Positions 19,813-29,578 of a stretch of DNA of 64,000 nt are shown here, piece after piece. Below the pieces are notes generated by a model. It was not told the origin of the DNA and searched no databases. It saw nothing but the letters and a program-made list of their open reading frames with translations. The DNA comes from Desulfobacterales bacterium (GTDB lineage: Bacteria > Desulfobacterota > Desulfobacteria > Desulfobacterales > UBA2245). Positions within the stretch are counted from its first letter, which is position 1; each line of letters begins with the position of its first letter. Made by a program: the position numbers and the translations under genes. The stretch is from the NCBI GenBank assembly GCA_040771865.1, contig JAXGZF010000005.1, positions 310,001-374,000 of the forward strand. Reading direction: 5' to 3'.

Positions 19813-21120
19813 TCAGAGAATTGAATCCTGAATCCGCGTATCAAACACTCTTTTACTTTTCCGTTCCGAGCGGGGCAGCGCCCCGTAGGCCACGATCTGA
19901 ACTTCCGGTGTGATCATCAGTTTCTTTTTGACGGTGCTGATCAGAGTTTGAGCCAGCCGAGGGGCCTGATTTTCGGCAACGGTTTCCGCCCGTTCCACCT
20001 TCAGAATCATCTGGTCCCGAAGGGCTTCGTCGCGGGAAAGGTGGATCTGGTATTCCGAACCCAGTTCCTTGATTTCCGAAATAATGCTGTCGATGCTGGA
20101 GGGGTAGATGTTGACCGCCCGGAACTTGAACATGTCGTCGGTGCGCCCGAGAATGCGCGAGTGCCGCGGCAGTATCGATCCGCAGGTGCAGGGGCCGGGC
20201 AGAATCCGGGTGATATCCCGTGTCCGGTACCGGATCAGGGGGACCGCCTCCTTGCAGAGGGTGGTCACCACCATTTCGCCCCATTCGCCGTCGGTAAGCG
20301 GCTCCAGGGTATTCGCATCGAGAATTTCCAGCAGATAGTAATCGCTCCAGTAATGGATGCAGTCATGATCCGGACATTCGATGCCGGTTCCCGGACCGTA
20401 GAGTTCGGTCAGTCCGGGGATGTCGAACAGCTCCGCGCCGCCGAGAAGCTCGCTGATTTTCTGCCGCATCGAGACCGAAGAGCGTTCCGATCCGTAGATG
20501 ATTTTTTTCAGGGCGATTCGGTCGCCGATGCCCCGCCGGTTGACCTCTTCGGCCATCAGAAGCCCCATCGATGCGGTGCAGCACAGTACGGTGGGCTGAA
20601 GATCGACGAGGAACTGGCACTGAAGGTCCACGTTCCCGGGCCCCAAGGGAAGGGCCATGGCGCCGATCTTTTCACAGGCGGCCTGAAAGCCTGCGCCGGC
20701 TGTCCATACCCCGTAGCCGACGGCGATCTGGACCCGGTCATGGCATGTGACGCCGGCCATCTCATAGGCTCTGGCGAAGAAATGGGTCCAGTCGTCGATG
20801 TCCTTCTGGGTGTAACAGAGATTTTTCCGGGTTCCCGTGGTGCCGCTGCTCGAATGAATGCGTACGACCTTTTCTAATGGAACCGATACCAGGGGAAGCG
20901 GATAGCCGTTTCGCAGATCATCGGCGGTGGTGAAGGGAAGCCGGCCGAGATCCTCCAGACTTTGAATGTCCGAAGGGCGGATGCCGGCGGCATCCAGTTT
21001 GGCCCGGTATGCGGGCGATCCCTGATAGGCATGGGCGACGGTCCATTTGAGCCCTCGAAGCTGGTGGTCCCGCAGCTGGGACTCGTTTTCAAAGGTCGGC
21101 ATGAAGGTTTTCTTCGACAT
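19813..21120 (-). CDS. paaK: Phenylacetate-CoA ligase family protein
   Basis: RIHSSSGTTG, GLTELYGPG, PLIRYRTRD and GRTDDM motifs. Exact substrate not established. Confidence 0.9.
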   Translation of the reverse strand: MSKKTFMPTFENESQLRDHQLRGLKWTVAHAYQGSPAYRAKLDAAGIRPSDIQSLEDLGRLPFTTADDLRNGYPLPLVSVPLEKVVRIHSSSGTTGTRKNLCYTQKDIDDWTHFFARAYEMAGVTCHDRVQIAVGYGVWTAGAGFQAACEKIGAMALPLGPGNVDLQCQFLVDLQPTVLCCTASMGLLMAEEVNRRGIGDRIALKKIIYGSERSSVSMRQKISELLGGAELFDIPGLTELYGPGTGIECPDHDCIHYWSDYYLLEILDANTLEPLTDGEWGEMVVTTLCKEAVPLIRYRTRDITRILPGPCTCGSILPRHSRILGRTDDMFKFRAVNIYPSSIDSIISEIKELGSEYQIHLSRDEALRDQMILKVERAETVAENQAPRLAQTLISTVKKKLMITPEVQIVAYGALPRSERKSKRVFDTRIQDSIL

Positions 21121-21148
21121 AACGGTTCTCCCTTACCCGTTTTATTTT

Positions 21149-21691
21149 TCAGGTTTTATCGTCCGGATTCCGGGTCCGATCGGCCATCAGCAGCGAACTG
21201 ATGGTTTTGGCGTCCTGAATCCGTCCGTCCAGAATCATATTCATGGCATCTTTCCAGGCAACCGAATGGACTTCCAGAATCTCATCGGCGTCCGGATCAC
21301 CGTTCGCTTTTACAAGATCACAGGCCAGGTAGAGATGAATGCGCTCATTCGAATAACCGGGAACCGGAATCAGCTCGCCCAGCTTGCGCCAGCTTTTGGC
21401 GTCAAATCCGGTTTCCTCCGCAAGCTCCCGCCGGGCGCAAGTCAGCGGATCCTCGCCCCGATTCAGGGTGCCTGCGGGAATCTCCCACAGATAGCCGCCG
21501 ACGGCATGGCGGTACTGGCGCAGCAGGATCACCTGGTTGTCTTTGGACAGGGGCACGATGGCCGAGGCGCCCGGATGATTGACAAGGTCCATGTCCACGG
21601 TAATCCCGTTTGACAGAGTGACGTTTTCCGTTACTACCTGAAAAACCCTTCCTTGATGAATCATTCGGCGCGCATTGACAGCGGCTGTCAT
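21149..21691 (-). CDS. NUDIX hydrolase, ADP-ribose pyrophosphatase-like
   Basis: Nudix box GTLNRGEDPLTCARRELAEETG, plus HPGASAI, QYRH and IQDAKT. Confidence 0.92.
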   Translation of the reverse strand: MTAAVNARRMIHQGRVFQVVTENVTLSNGITVDMDLVNHPGASAIVPLSKDNQVILLRQYRHAVGGYLWEIPAGTLNRGEDPLTCARRELAEETGFDAKSWRKLGELIPVPGYSNERIHLYLACDLVKANGDPDADEILEVHSVAWKDAMNMILDGRIQDAKTISSLLMADRTRNPDDKT

Positions 21692-21767
21692 GTACTCTCC
21701 CTTCATTTGCGTCCCGTGAATCAAAGGCCGACTTTACCAGCAAGCGCCGTTCATAGCAAGTGATTTG

Positions 21768-21988
21768 GAAAGCTGAAAGCTCAAAGAGGAGGGCTGAGGG
21801 CCGAAACCTGGGACCTGAGGGGGGAAGAAGCTGAAAGCTCAAAGTTGAAAGCTGAAAGAGAAGGACTGAGGACTGAGCGATGAGGGCCGAAACCTGGGAC
21901 CTGAGGGGAAAAAAGCTGAAAGCTCAAAAAAAGGACTCAGGACTGAGTTAACGTTCCAAACGTTCTAAACGATCGTAACGATCCAAAC
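21768..21988 (+). repeat. Composite repeat: 7-nt units, a 28-bp direct repeat and 9-nt units
   Basis: AAAGCTG/AAAGCTC/AGGACTG heptamers. TGAGGGCCGAAACCTGGGACCTGAGGGG occurs at 21795 and 21881 (86-bp period). Ends with AACGTTCCA AACGTTCTA AACGATCGT AACGATCCA. Confidence 0.85.
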
Positions 21989-22083
21989 TTTTGCTCGTGG
22001 AAACTTTTGTCTTTCCAAATTCGAAGGTCGCACAAGGATGTTCGCCGGATATCGGCAAACCCGGCAAACGTCCTTGCGGCTTT

Positions 22084-22236
22084 TCATGATTTTCCGCCTC
22101 TTCCATCATCGCAGGGCTCATCCTTATCTGTCAGGCGTTGATGCTCGGGATCAGGGGCGATTTTGCAGGGTTCCATTTTTTCCATTTCTTGGGATTTTTT
22201 CGGTTTTGCTGTCTGCTTGGATTTCTCTTTTTTCAT
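22084..22236 (-). CDS. Small hypothetical protein (50 aa)
   Basis: Strong RBS AAGGAGG before ATG 22236; MKKEKSKQ...PCKIAPDPEHQRLTDKDEPCDDGRGGKS. Confidence 0.7.
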   Translation of the reverse strand: MKKEKSKQTAKPKKSQEMEKMEPCKIAPDPEHQRLTDKDEPCDDGRGGKS

Positions 22237-22445
22237 CGTTTCCTCCTTTTGTTGGATGGCAACTTCAATATCAAAGTCAAGCATGCGTTCCGGGTTTACG
22301 GCCGGGACACAGTCGAAATCATCGGAGAATATGTGCACTGAATCAGACCCCGCAGCGCAGAAATTTTTCAGCGGGAGAACCGGAAATTATTTGAGGAGAT
22401 ATCAGAAATATAACCGGACTGAATCCGGTTGTCAAAATTTATCTG

Positions 22446-23876
22446 CTAGAGATACGGCGTGAACAGCCAGGCCAGGGAATCGCGGATGCGGATGGGCAGC
22501 GGGCGACTTTCGACATCTTCGAAGCGGATTTCACGGGAACGTTTCCTGACGGCGTCGAAGTGCCGTGCCATAACGCCGGCAAAGGATTCGGCATAAACCT
22601 CCACGGCTATCTCGAAATTCAGCCGAAGACTTCTCGGGTCGATGTTGGCCGAACCAATCTGTGAATAGATGTCGTCCACGATAAACAGCTTGCTGTGCGC
22701 GAAAGGCGGCGGCTGATAACAGACGCGGACCCCGCGCTGAAGAAGCTCCCAGAGCATGTTTTCGGTCGCCCATTGAACAAATGGTAGGTTGCTTTTTTCC
22801 GGAAGTATAACTGTTACATCCACGCCGCGAAGAGCCGCAGCCTGCATGGCGCCGATCAACGGGCGGGGTGGAAGAAAATACGGGGTCATGATTCGAACGC
22901 TGTTTCGCGCCGCGGAAACGGCGCCGACCAGAATGGCGATCAGTTTGTCCAGATCCTCGTCCGGGCCGTCGATGATGGTTCTGCAAAAGGCCTTTCCTTC
23001 CAAGGGCGGCTGAGCGCTGGACGGCAACAGTACTTCTCCTGTGGTAAACCCCCAGTCATCGATAAAAATCTGTTCCATCTGGAACGCCGCCGGGCCGGTG
23101 ATTCGAAAATGGATGTCCTGAATGCATCGTCCTTTACCTGGGCAATGGACCAGATGGCGGTCGCTGATATTCATGCCGCCGGTAAAACCGGTTTGGCCGT
23201 CTGCGATCAGGAGCTTGCGATGATTGCGAAGGTTGATGTCCAGAGTCGGCGGAATGAGCCGGGGAGGGATGAAACGGGCCGCCGGTATTTTTCTTTTTCG
23301 AAGTTGGCGGAAAATAGGCGGAAAAGAGTACAGTGCTCCGAAACCGTCGACTAGAACGCGGACTTCGACGCCCTTGGATGTGGCGCGTTGAAGGGCTTCT
23401 ACAAAGCTTTTTCCCGTCGAATCGTTGTCAAAGATATAGGAAGCCAGAAAAACCCGGCGCTGCGCATTTTCTATGGCTTCGAGCATGGCCGGATAGGCCG
23501 CCTCTCCATTGCACAGCGTTTCGATCCGGTTTCCCGGCGTCAGGGGACGAAGGGTAATCCGGTCTGCAATGCGCACCAGCCCCTGATACAGGTGCGCCGG
23601 TCCGGGAAGAGCTTCGATGGCCGTAAGCCGGCGATCCTTTTCGTCCGTTCCGGTTCGACAGACAGGGCCGAACTGATGGAGTTTTTTGGCCTTGGTCTGA
23701 ATTCGGTTGATGCCAAACAGAAAGTAGAGCAAAGGGCCGAAAAGGGGAAACATGAGACAGACGGCGATCCAGCCCATCGAGGCCCTGGGGTCGCGTTTGG
23801 AAATCAGCGCATGACCGGCGGCATAAACGCTTGCCAGCGTGCTGAAAATCAGTATGAACCACTGCAACACGGTCAT
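22446..23876 (-). CDS. cls: Cardiolipin synthase (PLD family)
   Basis: Two HKD motifs (RNHRKLLIAD and HSKLFIVD), an N-terminal TM hairpin and RSLRLNFE. Confidence 0.93.
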   Translation of the reverse strand: MTVLQWFILIFSTLASVYAAGHALISKRDPRASMGWIAVCLMFPLFGPLLYFLFGINRIQTKAKKLHQFGPVCRTGTDEKDRRLTAIEALPGPAHLYQGLVRIADRITLRPLTPGNRIETLCNGEAAYPAMLEAIENAQRRVFLASYIFDNDSTGKSFVEALQRATSKGVEVRVLVDGFGALYSFPPIFRQLRKRKIPAARFIPPRLIPPTLDINLRNHRKLLIADGQTGFTGGMNISDRHLVHCPGKGRCIQDIHFRITGPAAFQMEQIFIDDWGFTTGEVLLPSSAQPPLEGKAFCRTIIDGPDEDLDKLIAILVGAVSAARNSVRIMTPYFLPPRPLIGAMQAAALRGVDVTVILPEKSNLPFVQWATENMLWELLQRGVRVCYQPPPFAHSKLFIVDDIYSQIGSANIDPRSLRLNFEIAVEVYAESFAGVMARHFDAVRKRSREIRFEDVESRPLPIRIRDSLAWLFTPYL

Positions 23877-23934
23877 AGCAGAATTTTCATATGTTCAGAG
23901 GATGCAGGAATTTAAACCAGGCGCTCACGGCCGT

Positions 23935-24186
23935 CTAATGCCTGTCGCCGTCGATGAGCCTTCGAATGATCGCGGGTTTTTCAAGAGAAACGATTTCGGG
24001 CTCAATGCGCTTGAGCTCTTCAATATCCCATACAGGCTCCGTTTTGAGCAGCTCCAGGGCCTGCTCGCAGGATTCGGCGGCCACGATGACCTCGGCCGTG
24101 AAGTAGCCTTTCTTATAGATATTGGGTTCGTTAAACATCGACCAGCTTGAATATGTTTTGTTGTGTCTCCAGATAAAGATTTTCAT
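23935..24186 (-). CDS. Small hypothetical protein
   Basis: RBS AAGGAG before ATG 24186; co-oriented between metF and cls. Confidence 0.7.
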   Translation of the reverse strand: MKIFIWRHNKTYSSWSMFNEPNIYKKGYFTAEVIVAAESCEQALELLKTEPVWDIEELKRIEPEIVSLEKPAIIRRLIDGDRH

Positions 24187-24212
24187 ACGCTGCTCCTTCA
24201 AAACGAGAGGCT

Positions 24213-25106
24213 CTATGAAATCAGCTGATCCGAGCTTCTGACCCCCAGGGACTCGTAAATCTTCAAAGTCGCCCTGGAACTGTTCAGTGTATAAAAATGG
24301 ATCCCTTTGACTCCGTGATCCAGAAGATCCCGTACCTGTTCCGTGGCCCAGTGGACGCCTACATGTTCCACATATTCCTTCTCCTTAGCTCTGGCTACGG
24401 CCTTGATCAGCGGCGCGGGAAAACGTGCCCCTCCGGCCAGATCGGCCATCCGCTCCATCATCTGGCAGCTGGTGATCGGCATGATGCCGGCCAGAATGGG
24501 AACATGAATTCCAGCGATCTCGCAGCGTTCGCAAAAGTCGTAAAAATCGCGGTTGTCGAAAAAGAGCTGGGTAACGATGTAATCGGCGCCGGCATCGACC
24601 TTCCGCTTCAGATATTCGATTTCTCTGAGCCGGTTGGGGGTTTCCGGGTGTCCTTCGGGATAGCCGGCCGCCCCTATGCCCATTCGAGGAAAATGCTTTT
24701 TGATAAAGGCCGCCAGTTCGCTGGCAAAGGCGAATCCGTCGGGCGGAGGCGTCCAGCCGGTTTGCCCCCTGGGCGGATCCCCGCGCAGGGCGAGAATATT
24801 TTCAATGCCGCTTCGGGCGTAGGATTCGAGTATCCTGTAAATTTCGTCTCGCGTCGATCCCACGCAGGTCAGATGCGAGACCACGGTCAGATCGGTTTCC
24901 TTTTGAAGCCTTGCCACCATCTTGTGCGTGTTTTCCCGTGTGGTTCCGCCCGCGCCGTAGGTTACGCTGACATAGGACGGCTTTAAGGGCACGAAGTCTC
25001 TGGCGATGATTTCAAAGAGTTTGTCCCAGTTTCCTTCGGATTTCGGAGGGAAAAACTCAAAGCTGAACGTTGTTTTTCGGGATTGAAGAATATCTTTAAC
25101 CAGCAT
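24213..25106 (-). CDS. metF: 5,10-methylenetetrahydrofolate reductase
   Basis: SFEFFPPK, SVTYGAGG, LALRGDPP, YPEGHP, TQLFFD and HFYTLN motifs. Confidence 0.97.
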   Translation of the reverse strand: MLVKDILQSRKTTFSFEFFPPKSEGNWDKLFEIIARDFVPLKPSYVSVTYGAGGTTRENTHKMVARLQKETDLTVVSHLTCVGSTRDEIYRILESYARSGIENILALRGDPPRGQTGWTPPPDGFAFASELAAFIKKHFPRMGIGAAGYPEGHPETPNRLREIEYLKRKVDAGADYIVTQLFFDNRDFYDFCERCEIAGIHVPILAGIMPITSCQMMERMADLAGGARFPAPLIKAVARAKEKEYVEHVGVHWATEQVRDLLDHGVKGIHFYTLNSSRATLKIYESLGVRSSDQLIS

Positions 25107-25187
25107 GGCGCATCCAGGTCGTATAAATTTAATAACGATTTCAACTTTTTTTCATGACTTGCCGCCTTTTGTCAAGGGGATTGAACG

Positions 25188-25219
25188 CGAGGGAACGGGT
25201 GAATGCATCCGTTCCCTCG
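25188..25219. other. GC-rich hairpin between the DUF486 gene and metF
   Basis: CGAGGGAACGGG-TGAATGCA-TCCGTTCCCTCG with no T tail, so its role is unclear. Confidence 0.4.
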
Positions 25220-25325
25220 TCGTATCCCGGTGCCGTAAGGCATTTCAGCGCGGGCGGTTCAGAAGCATGCCGGGCGGAAAGGAGGATTTGCGAATGATTG
25301 GGTCAGTAAGGCAGGCAACAAGGTT

Positions 25326-25676
25326 TCAGGGAGATCTGAACATGAAATATACCGCTCCGACCATGCAAAGACCCGCATACACAAAATCAAGCTTCATGCT
25401 TTGCTTCATGAACAGGATCGAAAACGGAATAAAAATGGCCAGCGTAATGACCTCCTGAAGAATTTTCAGCTGAGGCAAAGACATGGCTGTGTATCCGATC
25501 CGGTTGGCCGGCACCTGGATCAGGTATTCGAACAGCGCGATTCCCCAGCTGATCAATGCAGCTACGTACCAGGCCCTGGTGCTGAGGTTTCTCAAATGAC
25601 CGTACCAGGCAAAAGTCATGAATACATTGGAAAGAATCAGCAATACCGTGGTTTCCAGGATAATCGGCGGTTTCAT
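25326..25676 (-). CDS. DMT-superfamily small membrane protein (DUF486)
   Basis: SNVFMTFAWYGHL, SWGIALFEYLIQVPANRIG and QLKILQEVITL motifs. Confidence 0.93.
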   Translation of the reverse strand: MKPPIILETTVLLILSNVFMTFAWYGHLRNLSTRAWYVAALISWGIALFEYLIQVPANRIGYTAMSLPQLKILQEVITLAIFIPFSILFMKQSMKLDFVYAGLCMVGAVYFMFRSP

Positions 25677-26138
25677 GGCGGATTTTTGTCTGACCTCACT
25701 TCATGGATCGAAACGCTGCTGACCAGATGCCTTGTTACAAGGTTTTAAGCAACTGGTTTTTCAGGCAATACTTTCGTTCAGTCTCGTTGATCAGGCCGTC
25801 ATATGACAGTTTTTTTTGCCTTTTGCAAGAAAATTTAAGGGCTGGTGCGGTTTTGAAATGCAGTGCGGAATAAAGAATAAAAAAAACCGATAAAACAATG
25901 GGTTAACAAGGAGTTGAAAACCGGTATCAGGTTGTCGGACAAGGATGGTAGCTGATGGATTGATACAGAAAACGAACGTTCACTTTCCGGCCCGTCTGCC
26001 AACATCTTGGAAAAGACTGATGCGCAGGCCCGCTCATGGCAGACAATATCCGGAAACGGCTAAACGAGATTTCTTCATTCCTGACCGCCCAGCATACGGC
26101 GGCCAGGAAAACAGAAGGGCTGAATAAGTGCGGCTGTT

Positions 26139-26507
26139 TCAGGATTCCGGGGAATCAGGCGGCAGTATGTCTTCCAGATCGTTGGAGACCTTTCGAATGA
26201 TGCGCAGAACAAAAGGAATGGTGATGCACACCGCCAGGACCATGAACATGAGTATCCATTTCTCGGTGCGCTCCAGCTTGAACAGGGCGCGATCTACAGC
26301 TTCCTTTACATCCTGGGCCGCGTAATGGCTCTGGTCCGCATTCTGAGCCAGCAGTCCTCGAATGTCCCGATCCATGGACTTGAGGGTATAAAACCCGATA
26401 AGCCCCATCAAAATCATGATAATCACGACCGGCATGAACCCCATCATAATTCGATGAGAAATGCCCATTCGAAGCAAAGCCGACTGATTTTTCTCCAATT
26501 CGTTCAT
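26139..26507 (-). CDS. Hypothetical two-TM membrane protein
   Basis: Two hydrophobic helices around a short helical loop; GGAG upstream of ATG 26507. Confidence 0.6.
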   Translation of the reverse strand: MNELEKNQSALLRMGISHRIMMGFMPVVIIMILMGLIGFYTLKSMDRDIRGLLAQNADQSHYAAQDVKEAVDRALFKLERTEKWILMFMVLAVCITIPFVLRIIRKVSNDLEDILPPDSPES

Positions 26508-26538
26508 TCCATCTCCTTCGGGATATTGATTCATCGAA

Positions 26539-26862
26539 TCACTCTGTCCGTTCCACCTGATCGCCGACCCAGTCGAGAAAATCCGGATTGCCGTCGCATA
26601 CTGGAAGAGCAACAATGCAGGGGCAGTCGTAGCTGTGCATTGCCTTTACCCGCGCGATGAGCTCCGAAAGGCGCGAAGCGGTGGTTTTGGCAATCAGCGC
26701 CGCCTCGGCATCGTCCTGAATCCTGCCGTTCCAGAAATAAATGGACTGGACCTGCCCGATGATGTTTACGCAGGCGGCAAGCCCTGATTCCACAAGTTCG
26801 CGTCCGATGGAACGTGCTTCATCCAGAGAACCCGCGGTTATATAGACAAATTGAATCTCCAT
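26539..26862 (-). CDS. cutA: Divalent-cation tolerance protein CutA
   Basis: LVESGLAACVNI, SIYFWNG and HSYDCPCIVALP motifs. Confidence 0.95.
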   Translation of the reverse strand: MEIQFVYITAGSLDEARSIGRELVESGLAACVNIIGQVQSIYFWNGRIQDDAEAALIAKTTASRLSELIARVKAMHSYDCPCIVALPVCDGNPDFLDWVGDQVERTE

Positions 26863-26922
26863 AACCTTCTCCGGCCGGCAGAAACCCTCTTTTTTCCATG
26901 TTTCCGGACCGCTTCAAGGAAG

Positions 26923-27585
26923 CTAGAACCATGCCTGCTGCTTCAGAACGGCCTTGAAGTTTTGCTGGGCCTTTAAATTTTTAACCGTCGATGCGCAGAT
27001 CTTCAGCCACGCGTCATCGCTCATGCCTAAAGGGGTTTCTCCGGAAACCAATCGGTTCAGAATTTCGCGTCCCACCGCCTCGGGAGAATCATAAACCTGC
27101 ACGGCAAAATGCCACCGGGAAGAATTGGCCCAGCGCTGGTTAAAGGCCTCGGCAACGGCGTGCAACTGGATGCGTATCTGGTCGTTGTCCATGTCAAACA
27201 ACGGGTCGATCTGCAGAATGATCTCCCGCATGGCGGGAATGTCGTCCTTGAAATGGCATTGCGCTGAAAATTCGGCATTTCCGAAAAGTTCTTCGGCCCT
27301 GACATACCTGTCCGGATTCGCATCCCATTGAGGGCGCATCAGGGAAAACTCAAAAAACAGCGGGAAGACGACATAACGCAGGAATCCAGCCAAAGCTCCG
27401 GGGCAGGGCATGCAATTCCACATTCCGTTGACCGTATCATGATGTTTCGGAGCACCGACCTCCACCCATAAAAACATCGAATCGTTTGTGATGGGTTCAT
27501 CGACAAAGGGGCTTTCCAACGAAGGACCGCGACCTTTAAAAATATCCGCCCAGACCCCAAAGTTTCCCCAATTTTTTTCAATCAT
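26923..27585 (-). CDS. Hypothetical protein
   Basis: RBS AGGAGG before ATG 27585; 220-aa ORF with no family recognised. Confidence 0.7.
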   Translation of the reverse strand: MIEKNWGNFGVWADIFKGRGPSLESPFVDEPITNDSMFLWVEVGAPKHHDTVNGMWNCMPCPGALAGFLRYVVFPLFFEFSLMRPQWDANPDRYVRAEELFGNAEFSAQCHFKDDIPAMREIILQIDPLFDMDNDQIRIQLHAVAEAFNQRWANSSRWHFAVQVYDSPEAVGREILNRLVSGETPLGMSDDAWLKICASTVKNLKAQQNFKAVLKQQAWF

Positions 27586-27755
27586 GCCCGTTTCCTCCTG
27601 TGGAACCAACCGGTCTGCATTGATGTAAAAAAATATACCTATCGTTATGCCGGAAACATGTCAAATCAAAACCATTGAAAATTATCTTCAGCCGTTTTAC
27701 GCTGGCATCTTCCAGCAGACAAAACATGAAGATCGAAAGAAGACGGAGAAATCGC

Positions 27756-28592
27756 ATGCCTGCCTGGGTCCAATGGGTCGCGGGATTGTTCGCCCTTTAT
27801 GCCCTCTACTGCCTGAGTATTTTTCTGCTTCAGCGTCCGGTTCTCTTCCCCCGGCGTCTGATTGACATGCAGGCCGTGTCGGGCATCCCGGTTCCGGATC
27901 ATGAAACATATCTTTTAAATACGGAATACGGGCCGGTTGAAGCCTGGTTCATCCCTTCCGAAACGTCTGTCAAACCCGCTCCCGTGGTCATCTTCGGCCA
28001 TGGCAACGCGGAGGTCATCGATTTCTGGCCGACAATTCTTGAGCCGTTCACCCGATGGGGAATCGGGGTTTTGCTGGTGGAATACCCCGGATACGGACGA
28101 TCGGCGGGAACGCCCTCGCAAACCCGTATCTCCGAGGCGTTTGTCGCCGCCTGGGACGTGATTGCTCAACGCCCCGACGTGGATTCGAAAAAAATTTTTC
28201 TGTTCGGCCGCTCCCTGGGCGCTGCGGCCGTATGCGATCTTTCTCTGAAACGTTCCTCCTGCGCCCTGATTCTGATGTCGGCTTTCACCCGTGTTCGGGA
28301 TTTTACCGATCGCTATGCATTGCCCGGATTTTTCGTAAGAGACCCGTTTGACAATCTTTCGGCGGTCAAACGCTATTCAAATCCAATTCTGGTGATTCAC
28401 GGCGAAAACGATGAAATCGTCCCCTGCGCTCACGGTAGAGCGCTGGCGCGCAATGCCCGGCAGGGTTGTATGATTACATATGCCTGCGGCCACAACGACT
28501 GCCCCCCGGATTGGCCGCGATTCTGGAAGGACATCCGGCCTTTTGTCATGGAAGCGCTGAAATCTTGCGAATCGGCCTTGCCTGCGGACTAG
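27756..28592 (+). CDS. Alpha/beta hydrolase with N-terminal membrane anchor
   Basis: GHGNAE, EYPGYG, GRSLG, HGENDEIV and GHND motifs. GGAG before ATG 27756. Confidence 0.9.
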   Translation: MPAWVQWVAGLFALYALYCLSIFLLQRPVLFPRRLIDMQAVSGIPVPDHETYLLNTEYGPVEAWFIPSETSVKPAPVVIFGHGNAEVIDFWPTILEPFTRWGIGVLLVEYPGYGRSAGTPSQTRISEAFVAAWDVIAQRPDVDSKKIFLFGRSLGAAAVCDLSLKRSSCALILMSAFTRVRDFTDRYALPGFFVRDPFDNLSAVKRYSNPILVIHGENDEIVPCAHGRALARNARQGCMITYACGHNDCPPDWPRFWKDIRPFVMEALKSCESALPAD

Positions 28593-28694
28593 ATTTCTGC
28601 CCGAAAATTCTGGTTTTTCAGCAGCCCGGCAGGTCAATTTATGATATCATTTTAATGAAACAGGCTGTAGAAAGCGCTTGAGAAGGAATTCGCC

Positions 28695-29471
28695 TTGGCC
28701 ATTACGATTTTCAGCCATCCTTCAGATATCGCAAAATCCGCCATCCGGTATATCGCCTGGGCGCGCGGACAGGTCAAGCCCTCGCCGTTTAAGGGAGAAG
28801 CCATGCCCCAGTTTATGAAACGGGTCATTGCATGGCGGCGGGATCTTGAACGGCAGGCGGATATCATTTTTATGTTCGTGGAATATCTGAGAATCAGCAG
28901 CGGTCTTTCGACAGATCAACCGTTGACCATGAACTGGGCCGAATGCGAGCGCAGAACGATTTCCGAGTTCGTCAACCGGTGGCTGCCATCAAAAGTCAAA
29001 ACCAACACCATCGAGATTCATGCGCCCGCTGTCTTGCGCAAATGGCTCATCTGGTGCCGAAAACGCAATATTCTGGGAAGAGAGCACTTCAATGAACTGA
29101 TCCGGTCGCTTCCCAGGGGCAAGGGAGATGAAATCCGGAGGCTTCAGCGGGCCGGAGAGCTGCTGTTCAGGCTGCACAGCCCGGTTGATGAAGGCGGCCA
29201 GTTGTCCGAGCGCCGGAATATCGTATCGATCAACCACCGCAGGCAGCCCGTCGAATCCAGAGAAGGCTACATGAGGGTGCGCTGGATTGGGGAAAACATT
29301 TTGTACCTTGAAACCATGGACGGCGTTCTTGTGGGCCCCGTGCTCGTGGGGTCGGAACTGACTAAAACGCTTCGAATCGGAAACGTGATGTTTGTTGAAC
29401 TTGGACGATACGCACGGTGCTGGAAGGTGCTTAAAAGCGGAAATGTATATGCCGAAGACGTCATCGGATAA
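28695..29471 (+). CDS. Hypothetical protein, paralog of 30427-31182
   Basis: AAGGA before a TTG start; end-to-end similarity to the 30427 ORF (HPSxIA, NWAxC, IHAPxxLRxWxIWC, RAGELL, VGPVL, SGxV). Confidence 0.85.
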   Translation: MAITIFSHPSDIAKSAIRYIAWARGQVKPSPFKGEAMPQFMKRVIAWRRDLERQADIIFMFVEYLRISSGLSTDQPLTMNWAECERRTISEFVNRWLPSKVKTNTIEIHAPAVLRKWLIWCRKRNILGREHFNELIRSLPRGKGDEIRRLQRAGELLFRLHSPVDEGGQLSERRNIVSINHRRQPVESREGYMRVRWIGENILYLETMDGVLVGPVLVGSELTKTLRIGNVMFVELGRYARCWKVLKSGNVYAEDVIG

Positions 29472-29578
29472 ATTCCATCGGCATCGATGCAAATACGCCT
29501 TGACTTTTTTGACGGAGCGCCGCTAAATTTTCAAGCCGGTACGCTCCGGCAATACAGGCGCTGCAAAGGAAATGCCGC

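Noticed and set aside
21795..21908. Two 28-bp direct repeats as a mini-CRISPR
   Set aside because: Only two copies, the intervening DNA is made of the same heptamers, and no cas genes are in the window.
25107..25325. SAM riboswitch upstream of metF
   Set aside because: No SAM-I core (ATC..GAG...GCAACC...GTGC) on the minus strand; only one hairpin and a TTGACA.
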